A stretch of DNA of 24,000 bases. Origin: an uncultured Clostridia bacterium. GTDB taxonomy: Bacteria; Bacillota; Clostridia; Christensenellales; UBA1242. The notes under the pieces are model-generated. The model ran no database searches. It saw only the letters and a list, made by a program, of their open reading frames with translations, and was not told the origin of the DNA. The translations under genes and the position numbers were made by a program. This document shows, in pieces, positions 6,998 through 14,048 of the stretch. The stretch spans positions 40,031-64,030 of the forward strand of contig CAKNIB010000003.1 in assembly GCA_930979925.1 (NCBI GenBank), in the 5' to 3' direction. The first letter of the stretch is position 1, and each line of letters starts with the position of its first letter.

Positions 6998-7819
6998 ATG
7001 AAAAAATTGGAGTTTATAAGCGAGGGTGGAAAAATCTCGATGCAACTAGAAAAAAGAGGACTATCATACAACTATGTACAAAGATTGCTAAGAAATAAAG
7101 ATGTGCGCGCCAATAACACAAAAATTGATAAGGACATCAATTTGCCAGCAGGGTGTGAGGTTACCGTTTTTTATGAAGAACAGGAAAAGACTATAGAAAA
7201 AATATATGAAGATGACAACATTATCATAGTTAACAAGCCTAGTGGCATTGAGGTTGAGGGCGAGGGAGGTGTAGCCAAAAGTCTCAAAGCAATAGCTGTC
7301 CACAGACTTGACCGAAACACTACCGGTCTACTAATTCTTGCTAAAAATGACGAGGCAGAGAAGGAGCTTAATAAAGCTATAAAAAACAGAACAATTACAA
7401 AAAAGTATCTAGCAGAGGTGGTGGGCGCAAGCAACTTTAATGGTGAAAAAAGCGCCTATCTTGTCAAGGATAGCGATAAAAGTCTTGTCAAAATCTTTGA
7501 CAAATCGGTGAAAAATTCTGTTTTAATTAAAACCATATTTAGAACGCTAAAATCAAATCCTTCATCCAGCATTGTGGAGTGCACACTTGTCACTGGCAAA
7601 ACCCATCAAATTCGCGCTCAACTTGCCCACTTAGGTCATCCAATAATAGGCGATGGCAAATACGGAAGAAACGAAGATAATAAAAAGTTTAAAAAGTCAA
7701 GACAGCAACTGCACAGCTACTACTTAAAATTAAACGGACTTGAAGGCAAACTGTCCTATTTAAATGGTCAGGAATTTGTAAACTATCCAGCATTTTTAAA
7801 AAATCAAGATAAGAATTAA
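6998..7819 (+). CDS. RluA-family pseudouridine synthase with an N-terminal S4-like domain
   Basis: Catalytic motif HRLDRNTTGLLILAKN and C-terminal GKTHQIRAQLAHLGHPIIGDGKYG. An alternative start at ATG 7040 has a better RBS (gagggtgga). Confidence 0.85.
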   Translation: MKKLEFISEGGKISMQLEKRGLSYNYVQRLLRNKDVRANNTKIDKDINLPAGCEVTVFYEEQEKTIEKIYEDDNIIIVNKPSGIEVEGEGGVAKSLKAIAVHRLDRNTTGLLILAKNDEAEKELNKAIKNRTITKKYLAEVVGASNFNGEKSAYLVKDSDKSLVKIFDKSVKNSVLIKTIFRTLKSNPSSSIVECTLVTGKTHQIRAQLAHLGHPIIGDGKYGRNEDNKKFKKSRQQLHSYYLKLNGLEGKLSYLNGQEFVNYPAFLKNQDKN

Positions 7820-7918
7820 AAAATCTTTACAATTTGCTTGACTTGGAGTTTACTCCAGATTGTAAAATTAAACTAGATTTTTTCTTTTATGGAAATAATC
7901 AATTTAAAAGGAGAGATT

Positions 7919-8278
7919 ATGGAAAAATCAAAAGTCTATTTTACCAAAGAAATTATCCCTGAAAGTTTGATTAAAATCTACCAAGCACTTGGCAGAGAAC
8001 TCAAAGGCAAGGTGGCAGTCAAGATTTCTACAGGCGAGCCTGGTGGACACGTTTACGGCGAGGTAATGAGCGAGGGCACATTAAAACTTTTAAAAGAGAA
8101 TAATATTCAAGCTGAGTATAAAACTTTAACTCCAAACATAATTAACCGTAAGGGCGACGATATATGTCCTATGGAGAAGGCGGTCAAAGATTGCAATGAT
8201 TTTGAAGAGGCTTATATTTTATTGCAATATAAATTAAAAGAAATTAAAACAAATATGCAAGCCACTAAAATAATTTAA
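7919..8278 (+). CDS. DUF362-like N-terminal fragment protein (possibly a truncated or rearranged gene)
   Basis: ATG 7919 with RBS aaaggagag is preferred over the track start at 7889. MEKSKVYFTKEIIPESLIKIYQALGRELKGKVAVKISTGEPGGH resembles the N-terminus of DUF362 proteins, which are usually much longer. The remaining ~70 aa do not look like that family to me. Confidence 0.4.
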   Translation: MEKSKVYFTKEIIPESLIKIYQALGRELKGKVAVKISTGEPGGHVYGEVMSEGTLKLLKENNIQAEYKTLTPNIINRKGDDICPMEKAVKDCNDFEEAYILLQYKLKEIKTNMQATKII

Positions 8279-8369
8279 ATAGCTAGGATTATATAATAAA
8301 CAAAAAACCTTTTAAAATAATATAATGTTGTATGCAAAAGCATGCGACATTTTTTATTAGAGAGAAATT

Positions 8370-8906
8370 ATGGTTAGATTTATAATAGCGCAAATTTTAG
8401 GACTGCTAGCACTTATATTAGTCTGCTTTTCATATGCCTTTAATGATAAGAAAAAATTTCTAGCCTACCAAATACTTTCAAATCTCTTTTATGCCTCTTC
8501 CTTTTTGGTGCTTAGCGTATTAGTAGGTGGTGTCAATACAATTATTTCCATAGCCCGCGTTTCCACCCTTTACATATTTGAAAGAAAAGACAAACGCCCG
8601 CCACTTGAACTTTATGTGCTCTTTTCTCTTTTGTATCTACTCTCAGGCAACCTCTTCTATCAGAGCCCGCTAGATATAATGGCAATCGTCGCTTATGAAA
8701 TGTTTAATATGGCAATGTTTATACGCGACATTGAGGTCACTCGTTTTATGATGGTTTTACCAAATATTATAATAGTAATTTATAACATCTTTTCATCCAC
8801 TTTTACCAATGCGCTTTTGGATTTTGTGGAGATAACAGTGCTCGTTTGCATGATTGTAAGGTTTTCATGCTCTCGACAAAATAAAAGATTTAAATATTTG
8901 CTGTAA
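8370..8906 (+). CDS. YgjV-like inner membrane protein
   Basis: 178 aa with about 5-6 TM helices. The duplicated-half architecture and composition resemble the YgjV family. This is a weak call made by eye. Confidence 0.4.
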   Translation: MVRFIIAQILGLLALILVCFSYAFNDKKKFLAYQILSNLFYASSFLVLSVLVGGVNTIISIARVSTLYIFERKDKRPPLELYVLFSLLYLLSGNLFYQSPLDIMAIVAYEMFNMAMFIRDIEVTRFMMVLPNIIIVIYNIFSSTFTNALLDFVEITVLVCMIVRFSCSRQNKRFKYLL

Positions 8907-9036
8907 AAACAGAGAAAATTTTAGCAAAATTGATAAATTTTAAGCTAATTTACGCTATTTTTAACGAGTTTTTACTATTTTTGTCACATGCAAATAATTT
9001 TTTAGTAATTTCTCAACATAAAAAAGAGGAGGAATT

Positions 9037-9777
9037 ATGAAAAGATATCTATCATTTATTTTGGCTTTTGCACTAATGCTTACATTGTTTGCAGGGCTTA
9101 GCATGACGGTAAAACCTCGTGTAATTGACTCTGTCGCGTCAGCTGAAACTGTAGAATATGCAGACGAGAACGATACAAAAGAGAAGTCTGACATGGAGAT
9201 ATGCGTTATAGGTAGTGCTAAAAAATCGGTTACTCCAGATTACGCCAAGGTCACTGCGGTGATTGAGACTTTAGACATGGACATGAAAAAATCCAAAGAT
9301 TGTAACTTTGAGTGTTTTGAAAAAGTTCTCTCAGCGCTCAAAGAGGGAGGAATAACAGAAGATAAAATCGTGCTTGATGGCTTTACTTCTTATCCTAGCT
9401 ATGATTATGCGCAGGGCAAAACACTTACAGGTTACTACTCAATTACTACCTTTACCTTTGAAGTAGAAAACTTAGAGGACATTAAACAGTTTGTAGATAT
9501 AGCTGTTGAAAATGGTACAACAAGCATATGCAATATTGGGTATGAGCTGTCCAGTCTTGACCAGGTATATCAAGATGTTCTTTTACAGGCTATAGAGAAC
9601 GCCAAACTCAAGGCTCAAAAGATAACAGGCAATGATAATATTACGGTAAAAAGCGTAAAAGAGGAATATGTTTACTCCTGCTCATCACTTTATAGAACCT
9701 ATTCTGACGTGCTAGATGGCACAAACTTGATTGGCTCTATTGAAGTAGAAGCTCGCGTAAATGTAGAGTTTGAATAG
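9037..9777 (+). CDS. SIMPL (DUF541) domain secreted protein
   Basis: Strong RBS AGGAGG and a signal peptide MKRYLSFILAFALMLTLFAGL. The core I-V-GSAKKSVTPDYAKVTAVIE...ELSSLDQVYQDVLLQAIENAKLKAQKI...EVEARVNVEFE fits the SIMPL domain pattern. Confidence 0.7.
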   Translation: MKRYLSFILAFALMLTLFAGLSMTVKPRVIDSVASAETVEYADENDTKEKSDMEICVIGSAKKSVTPDYAKVTAVIETLDMDMKKSKDCNFECFEKVLSALKEGGITEDKIVLDGFTSYPSYDYAQGKTLTGYYSITTFTFEVENLEDIKQFVDIAVENGTTSICNIGYELSSLDQVYQDVLLQAIENAKLKAQKITGNDNITVKSVKEEYVYSCSSLYRTYSDVLDGTNLIGSIEVEARVNVEFE

Positions 9778-9818
9778 AAAAAAGTATGATTTAAATAGAA
9801 AAAGTATGTTTAAATAGA

Positions 9819-9866
9819 AAAAACCATCTTTTTTAGCAAAATTATGCTACTAAAGATGGTTTTTTA
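9819..9866. terminator. Bidirectional intrinsic terminator between the SIMPL gene and the convergent membrane-protein gene
   Basis: aaaccatctttt..tagca-aaatta-tgcta..aaagatggttt forms a long two-tier stem. It is flanked by an A-run and a T-run. Confidence 0.6.
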
Positions 9867-9897
9867 GGTACGCAAGAATAACACGAAAGGAATGAGT
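9865..9897. repeat. Hairpin-motif repeat, copy A (degenerate 3' arm)
   Basis: taggtacgcaagaataacacgaaaggaatgagt. Matches copy B at 32 of 33 positions and sits 40 nt upstream of it. Confidence 0.7.
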
Positions 9898-9904
9898 TTT
9901 TCTT

Positions 9905-9946
9905 TAGGCACGCAAGAATAACACGAAAGGAATGAGTGTTATTCTT
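9905..9946. repeat. Hairpin-motif repeat, copy B (left boundary of the ncRNA-bearing segment)
   Basis: taggcacgc-AAGAATAACAC-gaaaggaatga-GTGTTATTCTT. The stem is a perfect 11 bp (9914-9924 / 9936-9946). It overlaps the stop codon of the 9945-10745 gene by 2 nt. Confidence 0.7.
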
Positions 9947-10745
9947 ATTTATCCTTATTTTCACTGCCGCTGTCATCTATTTCAGAATTAAGACTTTCAA
10001 CTTGGACATTATCATTATGCTGTGCTATGTTTTTTGCAGTGCTGTCTATATCTTCAGCTTTTGTAGTGCTGCCTATATCTTCTGCTTTTACATCGTTTTC
10101 AGATATTTGTTCTTCGCCTGTCTTTACATCTGCATTGTCGCTAGCCTTATTTTTTGTATTTTTCTTTTGACCCTTGTTCTTTTTAGATATATGAAAAATA
10201 CTTAGTATTTTACCTATTATCAATATAATTTGGTCGGCGTGCACCATGGAGTATCTTTTCATAAAGGCTTTGCCGGAGATAAGCAGGGCAGCAATAACGG
10301 CAGAGACTAGCGAAGCTACGACTATCTGCATAAAGCCGGTCATGCTTTCACGAATAAGAGCAGTTGCAACGGCGGCACCGGCAGCACCACTCAAGATACT
10401 GCAGATATCACCTAGAATATCTGCCACTATACTTGACACTCTGTCTGCTCTCTTTTGAAGCCAGATAGCCTCTTTTGCTCCGCGAACCTTTCTTGACGCC
10501 ATAGCTCTAAAGTTTTTCTCGTCACAGGATGTGATTGCAACACCAATCATATCGGTAAGTATTGCAATCACAAGAAAAACTACAATAACGACAATAGAAA
10601 TCGCAATGCCGGCTCCGTCAAGTGCCACCTCGCTAAGCACACCAAACGCCATGGATAAACTAAAAGAAAGTACAAGCACGATAAGTGGCCAGCGAAAATA
10701 TTTGTTAAATTTAGATTGTTTTTTGCCTTTTTTGGGGTTATCCAT
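9945..10745 (-). CDS. Membrane protein resembling a stand-alone CNNM/DUF21 transmembrane domain, with an acidic repetitive tail
   Basis: Has TM helices. The segment AITSCDEKNFRAMASRKVRGAKEAIWLQKRADRVSSIVADILGDICSILSGAAGA parallels the DUF21 pattern (E-x-A...R...G...A...L....L.t.lig....n). The tail contains the repeat KAEDIGSTT/KAEDIDSTA. Confidence 0.4.
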   Translation of the reverse strand: MDNPKKGKKQSKFNKYFRWPLIVLVLSFSLSMAFGVLSEVALDGAGIAISIVVIVVFLVIAILTDMIGVAITSCDEKNFRAMASRKVRGAKEAIWLQKRADRVSSIVADILGDICSILSGAAGAAVATALIRESMTGFMQIVVASLVSAVIAALLISGKAFMKRYSMVHADQIILIIGKILSIFHISKKNKGQKKNTKNKASDNADVKTGEEQISENDVKAEDIGSTTKAEDIDSTAKNIAQHNDNVQVESLNSEIDDSGSENKDK

Positions 10746-10924
10746 TTTTCTCCTTATAAATAATTAAATAATTAATTAATATTTTACACGATTTTATTAA
10801 AAATTTCAATAAAAATTGTGTTTTTTGCGTTTTTTATTAAATTTATTGTATTATATTTATAAATTTTATTTATTTAATTATTTTTGCATAAAATTTTCTT
10901 AATTATTAAAAATAAAATAAATTG

Positions 10925-10952
10925 CAAAAAAAATAGAGCCAAAAGGCTCTAT
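10925..10952 (-). terminator. Intrinsic terminator of the large ncRNA
   Basis: Minus strand reads ATAGAGCC-TTTT-GGCTCTAT followed by a run of 8 T. There is no T-run on the + strand side, so it is unidirectional. Confidence 0.75.
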
Positions 10953-11512
10953 GAAGATAGCAGAATTAGTAAACCTTGTGTCATAGGTTCGGTCGGATTT
11001 CCCGGACTTGAAGCACTCAATGTCGCCATATGAGCAGTTTCCTTTTAAGCCAAGCGTTTCACCGAATCGCCACTCAGAACACACTATAATCCTATTTCTG
11101 CCTGCGCGAAAAACGCAACAGTCTAGAAGTTTTCCTTGGCAATCGCAAGTATTATTCTCTTTTTTTGCAGATATAGTTTCATAGGCAGATATACGCAAAG
11201 TTGGCCAGTTAAAACGTATATGTTAACACCTAATCCCAGTATATCCACTCAAAGTAGGCTACACTGCACACGGCTTTTACCGCAATGCAGGTTCTTATCC
11301 CAGAGAGTGCAACTTGTGCACCCTGATGGGTCTCCGCGAAAATTGGGACGCCGGACCGTATGCCGTTACAGCCTGCCCAATAATCTTAACTTCCAGCACC
11401 AGCCCCAGTTTGGGCAACCAAAGCCAGCACCAGAAACTTCATCGATGTGCCTTTCGACGCCATTTACTTCGTCTTCCTAATAGTACGATTGACTAGAATA
11501 CTGCATCTTCGT
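10926..11512 (-). ncRNA. Large (~590 nt) structured non-coding RNA, class unassigned (ROOL/GOLLD/OLE-like size class; identity not established)
   Basis: GC jumps from 7/60 in 10801-10860 to 32/60 in 11341-11400. There is no credible ORF. The locus is delimited by a consensus promoter and an intrinsic terminator on the minus strand. Hand-drawn helices, given in + coordinates: 11299-11330 (AGGGTGCA-CAAGT-TGCACTCT extended by CCCA/TGGG); 11264-11290 (CTGCA...TGCAG enclosing GCGG-TAAAAG-CCGT); 11342-11381 (ATTGGG...CCCAAT); 10992-11007 (GTCCGG-GAAA-TCCGAC, a GNRA loop); 11103-11117. The decamer CUGGUGCUGG occurs twice (11393-11402 and 11424-11433). Confidence 0.7.
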
Positions 11513-11517
11513 TATAT

Positions 11518-11546
11518 ATTATATCATAATCATAAAAATATTGCAA
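11518..11546 (-). promoter_or_regulatory. Consensus promoter of the large ncRNA
   Basis: Minus strand reads TTGCAA (11546-11541), 17-nt spacer, TATAAT (11523-11518). Confidence 0.65.
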
Positions 11547-11633
11547 GTGGCTTTAATTTTTACGACTTTTGTTAAAGAAAACGTCAACTAAATATCTAAA
11601 TAAAAGTCTTTCTTTTTTAATTTTCCTTTCTAA

Positions 11634-12017
11634 TTATGGTATGATTATGAAGGCACTCAATACCTTGACACCAGCGTTAACATCAATTTTGACAACCTTG
11701 ATATTGCAGATATTGAGAGGATAACGATTGAGCTTTATCAAGATGACCAACTTCTTGGTAATGCAGTTTCAGAAGGGGACAATTTAGTAACACTTTTTAA
11801 AGATTGTGCCCAGTACTGGGAGGCGACAGCAGCCACCTATCTTGAAGTTAAAGGCGATAGAATAATAAGCTGTGCATTTACCACAAGAGATGAAGAGAAT
11901 GACAATGGTTTTTGGGTGCGCTCTGAGTGCTCAGCAACTCCAGCAAGCGTTCCAAATAAACTTGAAGTAAAAGTTCTAGCAGGTAGCACAGAATATCTTG
12001 CCGAATACGAGGCATAA
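11634..12017 (+). pseudogene. Start-less 127-codon open frame: probable 5'-truncated gene remnant
   Basis: The frame is open from just after TAA at 11631-11633 to TAA at 12015-12017. It has no ATG, GTG or TTG until near its end, which is why the ORF track omits it. The translation looks protein-like (...NLVTLFKDCAQYWEATAATYLEVKGDRIISCAFTTRDEENDNGFWVRSECSATPASVPNKLEVKVLAGSTEYLAEYEA) and a strong terminator follows. Confidence 0.35.
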
Positions 12018-12032
12018 AAATCAGTTTCAGCC

Positions 12033-12068
12033 AAAAAACAGCCATTTTTGTTAAAATGGCTGTTTTTC
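12033..12068. terminator. Bidirectional intrinsic terminator
   Basis: AACAGCCATTTT-tgtt-AAAATGGCTGTT is a perfect 12-bp stem flanked by an A-run and a T-run. It serves the + strand remnant and the convergent HAD gene. Confidence 0.75.
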
Positions 12069-12077
12069 TATAATTAA

Positions 12078-12659
12078 CTAATTTTTTTGTATCTCATAAA
12101 AATATCTATAGATATCTCCCCAGTTGTTTACCTCGCGAATATATTCCGTCTCCTCAAGCTTTTTCAAATTAGCATCTCTAAAATATAGTGTTTTTATCTT
12201 TGCGTCGCTTATTTGCTGTATTATTTTATAATCATCATCAATCATAATATCAATTTTTTCTTTTTGACAAATCTCTAACTTATTATGTATACACCAATAA
12301 TATTTATCAAACGTTACATTGTGTTCTTGCAATATTTTAATAGCACTATCTTTCATCTCTGACACGAGCCCACCTCTGGCAGTTATAACAACAAGTTTGT
12401 GTCCCAAATCTTTTAGACGCTGATATACAGGTAAAAATCCAGCCATCAAACCTGTTTCATTAGAAGCTCTTAAAAGATATTTTTTATTAAATCTATCTTG
12501 CTCTTCACTTGTCCAATTGTACCTTGTTTGATATTTAGGCTCTTCATAATTAATGATTTTTCTCTGTTCTAAATCTTCTATAGCAAAAATTTCTTCATAA
12601 ACTCTAAACGCCACTTCGCTATCAAAGACAACTCCGTCCAAATCAATCCCTATTTTCAC
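12078..12659 (-). CDS. HAD-superfamily hydrolase, 5'(3')-deoxyribonucleotidase-like
   Basis: GTG start with RBS GGAG. Has HAD motif I IDLDGVV, VVITARGG and IMIDDD. Size and motif layout resemble the NT5C-type nucleotidases. Confidence 0.55.
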   Translation of the reverse strand: MKIGIDLDGVVFDSEVAFRVYEEIFAIEDLEQRKIINYEEPKYQTRYNWTSEEQDRFNKKYLLRASNETGLMAGFLPVYQRLKDLGHKLVVITARGGLVSEMKDSAIKILQEHNVTFDKYYWCIHNKLEICQKEKIDIMIDDDYKIIQQISDAKIKTLYFRDANLKKLEETEYIREVNNWGDIYRYFYEIQKN

Positions 12660-12742
12660 GCTTTACTCCTATATGTTTATCAAAATTTAGTATACATATT
12701 CTAAATTATTCTATTTGACAAGTCAATAAAAAACACAAAAAG

Positions 12743-12783
12743 AAGAAAACACTCATTTCATTCGTGTTGTTCTTGCGTGCCTA
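12743..12783. repeat. Hairpin-motif repeat, copy C (inverted relative to copies A and B; right boundary of the segment)
   Basis: AAGAAAACAC-tcatttcattc-GTGTTGTTCTT-gcgtgccta. Its reverse complement matches copy B at about 88% over 41 nt by eye. Confidence 0.65.
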
Positions 12784-12811
12784 AAAAAATGCAGATAAGG
12801 TTACCTGCATC
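12782..12811 (-). terminator. Intrinsic terminator of tRNA-Asn
   Basis: Minus strand reads ATGCAG-10 nt loop-CTGCAT followed by T7. It lies 9 nt past the tRNA 3' end. Confidence 0.6.
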
Positions 12812-12819
12812 TTTTATTT

Positions 12820-12894
12820 TGGCTCCCCAGGTAGGATTCGAACCTACGGCCTATCGGTTAACAGCCGAGCGCTCCACCACTGAGCTACTGGGGA
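12820..12894 (-). tRNA. tRNA-Asn(GTT): tRNA-Asn (anticodon GTT), CCA encoded
   Basis: Minus strand reads TCCCCAGTAGCTCAGTGGTGGAGCGCTCGGCTGTTAACCGATAGGCCGTAGGTTCGAATCCTACCTGGGGAGCCA. Hand fold gives a cloverleaf with anticodon loop CTGTTAA and T-loop TTCGAAT. Confidence 0.9.
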
Positions 12895-12993
12895 ATAAGT
12901 TGTTCCTAATTAGCTATATGCTTTTTACTCTCATAAAGTTAATCATTGAGGGAAATATGAGGCAAACATCCTTTTCAGGATGATTGCTCTTAT

Positions 12994-13022
12994 ATAATAT
13001 CAAATAGTTTTTCTTTTGTCAA
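12994..13022 (-). promoter_or_regulatory. Consensus promoter upstream of tRNA-Asn
   Basis: Minus strand reads TTGACA (13022-13017), 17-nt spacer, TATTAT (12999-12994). This predicts a leader of roughly 90 nt. Confidence 0.55.
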
Positions 13023-13130
13023 CGATTTTTTGAAGATTTTTTAAGTTTTTTGATAAAATTTTTACTATAAACTTGTAGACAAGTATTATCACAGGAAATA
13101 TTTTTCTAAAATGTTTTAAGCTAGTGAAAA

Positions 13131-14048
13131 TTACTTATCATCTCTTAACCCTTTAAATACTGGCTGGCGCATAGCACCGTCCTTGGTGAGCATCATATAT
13201 TGCACAGTGCAGACAAGTTCGGGCTTTATCCAAATTATATCACCTGAAATATCTCCGAAAAATGCCTTTTTACTTTGATTTTTAAGGGCAAATGCGGTGA
13301 TTATCTCTTGCTCTTCTTTTGAAATATGCAAAAACACCTTGCCTCGATAGACAAGCTTTTTCTTTTTTTCCTGTCCTAAGATTAAATCTTTGATGTTGTT
13401 ATCTTCGTCAAGCGCAAAACCACAGATAAGAAAGTCCTCATCAATAAGATTTTTGACTTTTATCCAATTTTTACTGCGATTGCCAATTTCGTAACGGGAA
13501 TTTTTCTCTTTTGCAACAATACCTTCAAGTCCTCGGTCTTTAGTTAGAGAAAAAAGTTTTATTCCTTGCCCGACAATATAGCGGGATATTGCCAGAAGGT
13601 CATTTTCTACTATGTTTTTTGCTAAGAACTCCTTTCGCTTAAGAAGTGGCAAGTCTGTTAAATCATCTTTTCCAAGTTGTAAAATGTCGTATGCCACAAA
13701 GTGGACTTTATTTTTGCTTGCTTCGAGCTCTATCCTTAAAGGGTCGGTCATAAGACTTCGCTTTTGAAGAGCAAAAAAGTTTGGCGAGCCATCATTATTT
13801 AGCACCACAAGCTCGCCGTCTAGTACGCAAGGCTTTTTTGCCTGCTTAAATATGCTTTTTAACTCTGGATAGATGTCAATCAGCTCTTTGTTTCTCTTGT
13901 TTCTAATATAGACGGCATCTTTTTCAAGATAAGCAATGGCACGAATTCCGTCAAGTTTTAGCTCAAATATATAGTTTTCATCGTCAAAGGGCTCTTTTTC
14001 CTCTTCAAGTAGCATGGGAGAGATGTTTTTATCTACAAAAAAGTCCAT
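13131..14048 (-). CDS. ligD: ATP-dependent DNA ligase, LigD ligase-domain-only type (NHEJ)
   Basis: Motif I ELKLDGIRA (KxDG), plus FVAYDIL, EGIVAK and WIKVK. Its ATG directly follows the ku stop codon. Confidence 0.85.
   Translation of the reverse strand: MDFFVDKNISPMLLEEEKEPFDDENYIFELKLDGIRAIAYLEKDAVYIRNKRNKELIDIYPELKSIFKQAKKPCVLDGELVVLNNDGSPNFFALQKRSLMTDPLRIELEASKNKVHFVAYDILQLGKDDLTDLPLLKRKEFLAKNIVENDLLAISRYIVGQGIKLFSLTKDRGLEGIVAKEKNSRYEIGNRSKNWIKVKNLIDEDFLICGFALDEDNNIKDLILGQEKKKKLVYRGKVFLHISKEEQEIITAFALKNQSKKAFFGDISGDIIWIKPELVCTVQYMMLTKDGAMRQPVFKGLRDDK

Noticed and set aside
9773-9823. Short tandem repeat aatagaaaaa(a)gtatg(a)ttta (about 2.5 copies) after the SIMPL gene, as a regulatory array
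   Set aside because: It is very short and AT-rich, starts at the stop codon and runs into the terminator stem. Local slippage duplication is the likelier explanation, and nothing supports a function.
9865-9946. A CRISPR array formed by the two tandem copies of the 33-nt motif
   Set aside because: There are only two copies, separated by a 7-nt spacer. There are no cas genes, and a third copy lies in inverted orientation 2.8 kb away.
9936-10767. Plus-strand ORFs 9936-10205, 10246-10458 and 10531-10767
   Set aside because: They are antisense to the much longer and more coherent membrane-protein ORF at 9945-10745, so they are shadow frames.
10899-11496. Track ORFs 10899-11198 (-), 11136-11480 (+) and 11314-11496 (+) as protein-coding genes
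   Set aside because: They overlap one another on opposite strands inside the GC-rich island. Their composition is not protein-like (R/S/P/C/Q-rich), they lack RBSs, and one reads through the terminator hairpin. A structured RNA on the minus strand explains them better.
10926-11512. Assigning the large RNA to RNase P, tmRNA, SRP RNA, 6S RNA or a group II intron
   Set aside because: I found no GGAAAGUCC-type CR-I motif, no tRNA-like 3' end ending in ACCA, and no associated RT/maturase ORF. The length is also wrong for 6S, SRP or riboswitch leaders, and the transcript ends at its own terminator rather than leading into a gene. This is a by-eye exclusion only.
9905-12783. The hairpin motif as an integron attC site or transposon TIR with target-site duplication
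   Set aside because: TTTAGGC and GCCTAAA only loosely resemble the attC core sites, and the opposite ends of each motif lack the complementary core. No integrase or transposase is present, and the flanks show no matching direct repeats. It is kept as an open finding rather than called a mobile element.
12777-12983. Track ORF 12777-12983 (+)
   Set aside because: It reads antisense straight through tRNA-Asn and its terminator, so it is spurious.
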